A stretch of 64,000 bases of DNA from an uncultured Planctomycetales bacterium. GTDB taxonomy: Bacteria > Omnitrophota > Gorgyraeia > Zapsychrales > JBDRMG01. The stretch spans positions 19,832 through 83,831 of the forward strand of contig CAYZIY010000005.1 of NCBI GenBank assembly GCA_964478715.1. The letters are read 5' to 3'. The notes beneath the pieces were generated by a model. That model was given only the letters and a program-made list of their open reading frames with translations. It had not been told where the DNA came from and did not search any database. Numbering within the stretch: position 1 is the first letter of the stretch; each line of letters opens with the position of its first letter. Positions 57,244 to 64,000 of this stretch are shown piece after piece. The translations under genes were made by a program, and so were the position numbers.

Positions 57244-57818
57244 TAACGGTTTTCAGAAGAAAGAAATTGTTGATAAAAATCGTCAATTTTTCCTGGCAAT
57301 ACGTCGTCTTTTAAATCACTGTGATAAAGGCCAAGAGTCGGGATATCTTCACGTGGTTTCTGAAAAATAAGCTCGACTGTTTGAGCGATAGCGTTTTCGA
57401 TTCCGGTTAAATGCGCGGTGCCAAAGACGCCAACGTGCTTGTCAGAGATATCATTGGCATCGATATAAGTGCGCACCGCCGGAGTGACATTGCTCCACCA
57501 GCCGGGGGTGCCGATAAGAATAATATCATAATCCTGCGGATCGCATTGAAGCGATTTCAGTTCAGTTAAGTTACCGGCCACTGCATCTTTACCGGCCCGC
57601 ATAAAGGCGATCGGGCCGGTTCTCTTTGTTTGATCAATCAATTCTTCTAAATCTGCATTAAACTTTTCGGATAAACGTTGGGCCACTTTCTTCGTGTGTC
57701 CGTCACGGGAATAAAAAACAACCAACGTTTTGGATATTTCCTGTGCCGGGCATGTTATTGGGAGATTCATTAAAAATGCAGCCACAATGAAAAGAGTAAT
57801 TACGAGTCTTTTAAACAT
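57243..57818 (-). CDS. Flavodoxin-like protein with a signal peptide
   Basis: Hydrophobic N-terminus ending CPA-Q, FYSRDGHT, IGTPGW. Confidence 0.75.
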   Translation of the reverse strand: MFKRLVITLFIVAAFLMNLPITCPAQEISKTLVVFYSRDGHTKKVAQRLSEKFNADLEELIDQTKRTGPIAFMRAGKDAVAGNLTELKSLQCDPQDYDIILIGTPGWWSNVTPAVRTYIDANDISDKHVGVFGTAHLTGIENAIAQTVELIFQKPREDIPTLGLYHSDLKDDVLPGKIDDFYQQFLSSENR

Positions 57819-57835
57819 AGCTTTTGCGCTCCTTT

Positions 57836-58570
57836 TTATGCCAATTGACCTTGATAAAGAGTGGCAATGCCACCTGTTAAAGATTGTGCCCGAATATTTG
57901 TAAGTCCATAGTGATCCATGATCGCTAAAATCCTTTTTGGCGGCGGAAATTCACAAATGGTTCTGGCTAGATAATCAAAGGCCCTGCGGTCTTTCAAGAA
58001 GAGACGGCTAACCGCAGGCATAATCTTTATCAGATAGAACAAATAGATCTTTTTAAGAATTTTATTGTTTGGAAGAGAAAATTCAAGGATTTTCATTTGC
58101 CCGCCTCTTTTCAAAACACGAACCATTTCACAAACAGCTTTCTCAATGGAGTGTTCATTCCTTAAACCGAAGGTATTAACTACCACATCGAATGATTGAT
58201 CTTGAAACGGCATCGAGAGTCCGTTGGCCCGAAATATCTTAATTCGATCAGAGAGACCATGAGATTTAATCCGGCGATAAGATTTTTGAAGCATACCATC
58301 AGAGATATCCACGGCGACCAGTCGGCTTTGCGGATGCTCTTTAGCAAAGGCGATGGTGGTTTCGGATGTGCCCGCGCAAACGTCACAAACCAGGGGAGCG
58401 TTTGGCATAGTATAAGATTGAACCAGAAATCTGATCCAGTTCCGATGAATGGAGGCTGAAAAAAGTGAGTTTAAAAAATCATAACGAAAGGCAATCGAAT
58501 CAAAAAGTTTTTCCGTTTTATTGTGATTCACTGTCATTGTATTATCTTTTGTATTTCTTAAGATGGACAT
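57836..58570 (-). CDS. UbiE/MenG-family C-methyltransferase
   Basis: FDSIAFRYDFLN, DVCAGT, FGLRN, ILEFS, YLARTI..FP. Confidence 0.85.
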   Translation of the reverse strand: MSILRNTKDNTMTVNHNKTEKLFDSIAFRYDFLNSLFSASIHRNWIRFLVQSYTMPNAPLVCDVCAGTSETTIAFAKEHPQSRLVAVDISDGMLQKSYRRIKSHGLSDRIKIFRANGLSMPFQDQSFDVVVNTFGLRNEHSIEKAVCEMVRVLKRGGQMKILEFSLPNNKILKKIYLFYLIKIMPAVSRLFLKDRRAFDYLARTICEFPPPKRILAIMDHYGLTNIRAQSLTGGIATLYQGQLA

Positions 58571-58578
58571 GATCTAAT

Positions 58579-59781
58579 TTATCCATGAACTTGCTTGTAT
58601 TTTGAGACGGATGACAAAGTATCCATCCGGTGAAATTTATCGATGATTTTTTTACGCACTTTTTGATGCCACCCAAAAGGCAAGCGAATAGAAAATATTC
58701 TAATACACACCCTTAAAAGAAACTTGCAAATAGGGCCCGGATGAAAGCCTCTGATGAGAGTAATTTGTTTGAGAATGGGCTTTAAAGATCGACGATATCT
58801 TTCTGCCAAATTGGGAGCATCTTCAAGCAGACATTGAGCGGCTATTTGACCTGTTTTCATGGCATAATAAATCCCTTCACCGGTTAGCTGCCTGACCGCC
58901 CCGAGGGCGTCTCCACATAAAAGAATATCCTCATGGCCAAACTGTCTAGCAACAGCCACCGGACAGCAGGCTCCGCTCAATCTCTTTTTCTCAAATTCAG
59001 CAGGGATTAGATTTTGAGTGAGGGCATATTGAAGAAACTCATCCAGCATTTGATGAAGAGGTTGGCGTGTTTCTCCGATCAAGCCCATTCCCAGGGCATA
59101 GCCATCAGGATTGGGGAAAATCCAGCTGAAACCAAGTTCGTTTTGCCAATTTAAGAAAACAGAGGTTGAGCCCTGTCCCACATGAGCACATTTCAGATCA
59201 TATTGGATACAGCGGCCGTAATCAGTGCGGCGAGCAGGTCGGTTCCCCAAAAAGCGGCTCACGACACTCCCAAAACCGTCGGCTCCGATGATCTTGCGCG
59301 CATAATAGGTTTTTTCTCTGCCTCTTAGGCGGTAGATGCTTTCTTTGTCTTTGATAAGTCTATCAATTTCTCTGATCCGACATGTCTCAAAGCGAACTTG
59401 AGGAGACTGTAATGCAATTTTGACAAGCGCATGATCGAAATCGAAGCGGTCAACGACATCAAAAATATGGATATCGGGCGTATGATAAAAATAGGCTTCA
59501 TTGCAATAAAAATGAAAGTCATAACAGGAAAAAGCCGGCAGTTCATTTTGAATGAGGCGGAAATTTTCAAATTCAAGCGGCCAATCCTCGACGAAAAATA
59601 ATCCGCCGGCACAACATTTTTGACGCGGAAAATCATGGGCATCAACAATAAGGATATTTTTGCGGGGGTCTTTACCTAAATAATACGCGGCTATAGATCC
59701 TCCTGGACCTGCGCCGACAATCATCACATCGTAGATTTGAGAATCGGTAATCCGCGGATCCAAGAAGTTTTTAGTGTCCAT
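58579..59781 (-). CDS. Geranylgeranyl reductase-family FAD oxidoreductase
   Basis: VGAGPGG, FPRQKCCAGG, GADG, WIFP, GDALG...TGEGIYYA. Confidence 0.82.
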   Translation of the reverse strand: MDTKNFLDPRITDSQIYDVMIVGAGPGGSIAAYYLGKDPRKNILIVDAHDFPRQKCCAGGLFFVEDWPLEFENFRLIQNELPAFSCYDFHFYCNEAYFYHTPDIHIFDVVDRFDFDHALVKIALQSPQVRFETCRIREIDRLIKDKESIYRLRGREKTYYARKIIGADGFGSVVSRFLGNRPARRTDYGRCIQYDLKCAHVGQGSTSVFLNWQNELGFSWIFPNPDGYALGMGLIGETRQPLHQMLDEFLQYALTQNLIPAEFEKKRLSGACCPVAVARQFGHEDILLCGDALGAVRQLTGEGIYYAMKTGQIAAQCLLEDAPNLAERYRRSLKPILKQITLIRGFHPGPICKFLLRVCIRIFSIRLPFGWHQKVRKKIIDKFHRMDTLSSVSKYKQVHG

Positions 59782-59840
59782 GTTGTTTACTTCCTGCGCA
59801 GGGGATAAAGTTGCCGTTATTCTACTGAGAATCGTTCATT

Positions 59841-59869
59841 GTGACAAGAACTATCTGAAGGTGTATACT
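59841..59869 (+). promoter_or_regulatory. Promoter for the TPR protein-photolyase pair
   Basis: GTGACA-17 bp-TATACT, ATG 8 nt downstream. Confidence 0.55.
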
Positions 59870-59877
59870 ATCTCTAT

Positions 59878-60915
59878 ATGAGTGTAGTTTTAAAAAGACT
59901 ATTGAAGAAGGCTTTGGTTTTATTTGTGATGAATCTCCTTTTCTTGGGAGCGGTGGCCGGAAGTGCGCGTGGCGGGCAAAGCAAACAATGGCAGCTGAGT
60001 ACGGATGCAATAGATCATATAGGTAAGAGCAGTGAAAATAATATTGATCTGACAGATATGCTCATTGAATTGAGCGTAAAGGCCGAGGCCGATCTGATGG
60101 ATTCGGACTTATCTTTTAAAAAAGAAAAACAAAAATTTGATTCTTTTTTATCGAACATCGAAAGTCAGATTGATCGGAAACAAACGATTAAAGAAATAAT
60201 AAACCAAATTAATGGTATCCTTTTTCAAAAAAATAATTTTCGCGTGAATCGTCAGAGGATTTTTGAAAGTTCTCTGGAAGATATTCTATTAACGCGTTTA
60301 AGAAGGCGAAAAAAAGGCAATTGTCTGAGTTTATCGCTATTGATGCTGATTATTGCGGAAGATTTTCAAATGCCTCTTAAAGGTGCGATCGTTCCGGGGC
60401 ATTTTTTTATTCGCTATCAACAAAAAGGTTCCTATAGGAATATCGAGATGACTTCTCAAGGCAGAGAGTTGCCGGATGAATATTATCGGAAGAATTTTAC
60501 TCAAGGCCAACCCGAGGATTTTTCCATTCGAATATTGAAGAAAAAAGAAATTCTTGCTGTTTTTATAAGCAGTCTGGCCACCCATTATAAATTAAAAGGA
60601 TATCATGAGCATGCGATTTGCTTATATCAGGCGGTTTTGAAAATAATAAATGATTTTCCTGATATCTATATTAATTTAGGGAATGCCTTTGAGCGTGACG
60701 GCCAGATCAAACGGGCTGTCTTTGAATATCAAAAGGCCTTGTCCTTAAATCCCTATCTGTGCGAAATTCATCACAATCTCGGGTTGATTCATTTTGTTTA
60801 TACTGGCAATATAAAGGAAGCGCTTCGTCATGGCAAAATCGCAAGGATTTTGGGTTGCCAGCTTTATCCTCAATATAATAATTTTGTTGAGCATTTTGAA
60901 AATTTATTCAGATAA
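59878..60915 (+). CDS. SirB1/transglutaminase-like domain plus TPR protein
   Basis: KKGNCLSLS, VPGHFFIRY, NIE; TPRs YINLGNA, HHNLG. Confidence 0.8.
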   Translation: MSVVLKRLLKKALVLFVMNLLFLGAVAGSARGGQSKQWQLSTDAIDHIGKSSENNIDLTDMLIELSVKAEADLMDSDLSFKKEKQKFDSFLSNIESQIDRKQTIKEIINQINGILFQKNNFRVNRQRIFESSLEDILLTRLRRRKKGNCLSLSLLMLIIAEDFQMPLKGAIVPGHFFIRYQQKGSYRNIEMTSQGRELPDEYYRKNFTQGQPEDFSIRILKKKEILAVFISSLATHYKLKGYHEHAICLYQAVLKIINDFPDIYINLGNAFERDGQIKRAVFEYQKALSLNPYLCEIHHNLGLIHFVYTGNIKEALRHGKIARILGCQLYPQYNNFVEHFENLFR

Positions 60916-60918
60916 GAA

Positions 60919-62277
60919 ATGAAATCGATCGATCAAAGAAGAACACGTCTAGTTAAAAAGGGGGATAAGCAGCCTGGACCGGTAGTTTATTGGATGAGCA
61001 GGGATCAGCGAAGGGATGATAATTGGGCCCTGATCTTTGCTCAACAGACGGCCTTAAAAGAGAAGAGACCATTGATGGTTGTGTTTTGTCTGGTTCCTGA
61101 GTTTCTAAGCGCTACGATCAGGCAGTACGGATTTATGCTTAAAGGGCTAGAGCAGCTCGAGCAGGAGTTGACAAAAAAGAATATATCGTTTATTTGTCTG
61201 TGTGGTGAGCCTGAAAAAGAAATTCCGCATTATGTGAACAAAAACAAGAGCAGTGTCTTGGTGACAGATTTTGATCCTTTACAGATTAAAAGAAAATGGA
61301 AAGATGCTCTCAAAAAGAAGATCACAATTCCTTTTTATGAGGTCGATGCCCATAATCTTGTTCCCTGCTGGCTGGCCAGCGACAAACAGGAATTTGGCGC
61401 TTATACCATTCGCCCAAAAATTCACCGAGTGCTTAATGAATATCTTCAGGATTTTCCGAAGGTACAAAAACATCCGCATTCCGCAAGCCCGGCGACAACA
61501 AAGACTAAATGGAAAAGCTTGGGTAAAAAGTTGTGCATAAATAGAGCGGTTAAAGAAGTCAGTTGGATCAACCCAGGTGAGAAAAAAGCCCTAAAAATGC
61601 TGAAAGAATTTATTCACAAGAAGCTCAACCATTATGATGATCAGCGAAACGATCCCAATCAAGACGGCCAATCCGATCTCTCGCCGTATTTACATTTTGG
61701 ACAACTGAGCGCTCAGAGAGTGGCCTTAAGTGTCATGGCAGCTAAAGTGAATGAGCAAAGCAAGCAGGCTTTTTTGGAAGAGTTGATTGTCCGACGGGAA
61801 TTGTCTGATAATTTTTGCTATTATAATAAGGATTATGATTCGACCGATGGCTTTCCGCAATGGGCGAAGAAAACGATCAAAACGCATGCAAAAGATAAGC
61901 GCGCTTTCCTCTATTCTTTAAATCAGATGGAAAGCGCGCAAACACACGACGATCTATGGAATGCCGCGCAGATGGAGATGGTCAAGACAGGAAAGATGCA
62001 CGGATACATGCGTATGTATTGGGCCAAGAAGATTCTGGAATGGACTTCCTCGGTGAAGCAGGCCATGAAAGCCGCCATTTTTCTAAATGATAAATATGAA
62101 CTCGACGGTCGGGATCCCAATGGGTATGCAGGCATCGCCTGGTCGATCGGCGGTGTTCATGATCGCGCTTGGGGTGAGCGCGCTGTTTTTGGAAAGATAC
62201 GATACATGAGCTATCATGGCTGTCAATCAAAATTTGATATTAAGAAATATATCAAAAGAAATCAGCCTAGCCACTAG
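60919..62277 (+). CDS. phr: Class II CPD photolyase
   Basis: YWMSRDQR..DNWAL, VDAHN, SPYLHFGQLS, GYMRMYWAKKILEW, LDGRDPNGY. Confidence 0.93.
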   Translation: MKSIDQRRTRLVKKGDKQPGPVVYWMSRDQRRDDNWALIFAQQTALKEKRPLMVVFCLVPEFLSATIRQYGFMLKGLEQLEQELTKKNISFICLCGEPEKEIPHYVNKNKSSVLVTDFDPLQIKRKWKDALKKKITIPFYEVDAHNLVPCWLASDKQEFGAYTIRPKIHRVLNEYLQDFPKVQKHPHSASPATTKTKWKSLGKKLCINRAVKEVSWINPGEKKALKMLKEFIHKKLNHYDDQRNDPNQDGQSDLSPYLHFGQLSAQRVALSVMAAKVNEQSKQAFLEELIVRRELSDNFCYYNKDYDSTDGFPQWAKKTIKTHAKDKRAFLYSLNQMESAQTHDDLWNAAQMEMVKTGKMHGYMRMYWAKKILEWTSSVKQAMKAAIFLNDKYELDGRDPNGYAGIAWSIGGVHDRAWGERAVFGKIRYMSYHGCQSKFDIKKYIKRNQPSH

Positions 62278-63080
62278 TCGGGATTTTCTATAACCAATGT
62301 GGAAATTATATACGGAGAGTGAGCCCCTTTTTCAAATCCTTGATATTGTAGCCATCGATAGGGATGCTGGGCTTCATACCAGATGTAAGTGGGTTTAACA
62401 AACTGATCGAGGACATCATCGAGGATTCCAAGATCAGCGGTGAGTTTGATTTTGAGAGCTTCCCATATCTTTCTCGAAAGCTGGATTTTTTCTTTTTTCA
62501 AAAAACGTAAATTAACCTTATACATTTTTGGCTCATCAGTTAAAAGGTAAAATGCTTGCTGATTGCGATGATGCTCATGGGGAATAAAGGAATGCACAAA
62601 AAAGATGAGCGTTGTATTGTCACACGTTTGCCCTTTTAGAGGAAATGCTTTACGGGTAGTCTTGCCCGATGGAAACTCTTCTACACTCCATATGATTATT
62701 TTGTCTTGATAATCGTATTTCTTTTGATATTTTTTTAAGGGTTGACCTGATTCATCGAAGATCTCCGTTTCGCTGGTGTGAGTCTGAAGAAAACCCTCGC
62801 TTAACCGGCACCATGATCGAGTGGTCCATGAAGCTGAAGAGAATTCATCGATGGCACCGGTGCCCTTTTGGGTGATCACATATTGGCCGTCTTGCTTAGG
62901 ATCATTTTCGATTACTACTGAAAGCTGACAATGAGGGTTTCGCGGTTCAAACTTGTGGTAATCAACCTGAAAGGAATGGCCGATGAACTGAGAGAAGAGA
63001 GGCTGATCAAAAGCCAAGACCTGAAGATTTAAGGCCATTATCGAAACTATCAGGATAAGCAATAACGAGATCTTTTTCAT
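62274..63080 (-). CDS. Exported hypothetical beta-rich protein (paralog of 56416-57243)
   Basis: MKKISLLL signal peptide from 63080; shared motifs with the paralog. Confidence 0.65.
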   Translation of the reverse strand: MKKISLLLILIVSIMALNLQVLAFDQPLFSQFIGHSFQVDYHKFEPRNPHCQLSVVIENDPKQDGQYVITQKGTGAIDEFSSASWTTRSWCRLSEGFLQTHTSETEIFDESGQPLKKYQKKYDYQDKIIIWSVEEFPSGKTTRKAFPLKGQTCDNTTLIFFVHSFIPHEHHRNQQAFYLLTDEPKMYKVNLRFLKKEKIQLSRKIWEALKIKLTADLGILDDVLDQFVKPTYIWYEAQHPYRWLQYQGFEKGAHSPYIISTLVIENPD

Positions 63081-63126
63081 CCACTTCAATTTACCACATT
63101 TCATCATTTTTGGCTATAATACAAGA

Positions 63127-63798
63127 ATGCAGAAAATTTCTATTATCATCCCTGTTTATCAGGATGACGAATTATTGCGAAAATGTATTGAACATCTTCA
63201 TTGCTTTGGCGGAAATCATGAAATCATAGTTGTGGATGGGGCCGCAACTTCTCAAGCCAAGGTGATATGTAAAGACAATAATGTCTGCTATCTGCAAAGC
63301 CAAAAGGGGAGAGGCTTGCAATGCAATGCGGGCGCTTTCAAGGCGTCGGGAGATTTGTTCTTCTTTCTTCATGCGGATAGCATTCTTTGCGCTGAGGCTT
63401 TTAAGCAAATCGAAGAAGCCTTTCGAGACGACAAAGTGCAGGTGGCCAGATTTCGTTTATGCTTCGATCATCCCCATTGGCTTCTGAAAGTCTATGGGGC
63501 TTTCACGCGCTTAAACAGCATTTGGACACGATTTGGTGATCAGGGTATAATCGTTCGGAAAGATTTCTTTGAGGTGCTGGGCAGTTTTCCCGATTGGCCG
63601 ATTTTTGAAGATGTTCATTTTTTCAAGTTAGCCAGAAAAAAAACAAGGATTTACTTGTTGCCCGGACCAATCACAACATCTTCCCGGAAATTTATTAAAA
63701 ACGGGATCATCCGCCAGCAGTGGAAAAATTTCTGGCTCATTATTAAATATTTACGCGGCGTTTCGCCGGAGATTCTAGCTCGTCAATATTATTCTTGA
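63127..63798 (+). CDS. Glycosyltransferase family 2 (TIGR04283-like)
   Basis: ISIIIP, VVDG, GRGLQCNAGA, FLHADS, FGDQG, IFEDV, TSSRKF. Confidence 0.85.
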   Translation: MQKISIIIPVYQDDELLRKCIEHLHCFGGNHEIIVVDGAATSQAKVICKDNNVCYLQSQKGRGLQCNAGAFKASGDLFFFLHADSILCAEAFKQIEEAFRDDKVQVARFRLCFDHPHWLLKVYGAFTRLNSIWTRFGDQGIIVRKDFFEVLGSFPDWPIFEDVHFFKLARKKTRIYLLPGPITTSSRKFIKNGIIRQQWKNFWLIIKYLRGVSPEILARQYYS

Positions 63799-63808
63799 GG
63801 GATTTGTT

Positions 63809-64000
63809 ATGCAGAAAGACGTTATAGTCGGAATCATAGCTTTTATTTTGATCTTTTTACTGGAGAGCCTTCTGCCGGCCCGAAGAGAACAGCGTAAAAC
63901 CTGGAGTCACACAACAGTGAATCTCTTGATGGCCGGACTGAGCTTTGTTATTACTATCTTATTTATCGTTTTAACGGTCAAAGCGATGAACTGGGCTGCG
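63809..64000 (+). CDS. Membrane protein, probably sterol desaturase/fatty acid hydroxylase family; 3'-truncated by the window edge
   Basis: MQKDVIVGIIAFILIFLLESLLPARR...HTTVNL matches the usual LE..P.R...N N-terminus; His boxes would lie outside the window. Confidence 0.45.
   Translation, partial: MQKDVIVGIIAFILIFLLESLLPARREQRKTWSHTTVNLLMAGLSFVITILFIVLTVKAMNWAA

Noticed and set aside
1-64000. CRISPR array, prophage, integrase or transposase genes
   Set aside because: No regularly spaced repeat-spacer array and no recognisable cas, phage or recombinase ORFs

Overview
A gene-dense, AT-leaning bacterial chromosomal window read in the standard code; the gene content resembles Candidatus Omnitrophota or a similar anaerobic lineage, which is inference only. 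1-13.7 kb: two-component genes (including an unusual REC-AraC-histidine kinase fusion), an orphan dihydrolipoamide dehydrogenase, glycosyltransferases, a six-hairpin glycosidase-like protein, an FKBP PPIase, D-LDH and a cold-shock gene with a structured leader. 14.4-29.6 kb: a T2SS/type IV pilus-like cluster with no GspE and an internal MerR+ExeA pair, followed by amidase-murI-queDCEF-rph-rdgB. 29.6-40.8 kb: an AsmA-like gene, tRNA-Pro(TGG) preceded by a copy of its own 5' end and a hairpin-rich 164-nt insert, and a small ORF-dinB-SRAP cassette whose promoter spacer is a perfect 18-bp palindrome. 40.8-64 kb: a lipid/pigment island with crtI, ispH, crtB, a lycopene cyclase, a class II photolyase and a type II FAS/PKS-like cluster. 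The best candidate for an undescribed system is that cluster. It centres on a single 1259-aa protein fusing a B12-binding radical SAM enzyme, an active ketosynthase and a catalytically dead CLF-like ketosynthase. Around it are ACP, a GcvT-like protein, thioesterase, FabG, FabD, FabZ, PlsC and an Fe-S flavoprotein-SCP2 fusion, with no enoyl reductase. No database searches were run; all calls come from motif reading.
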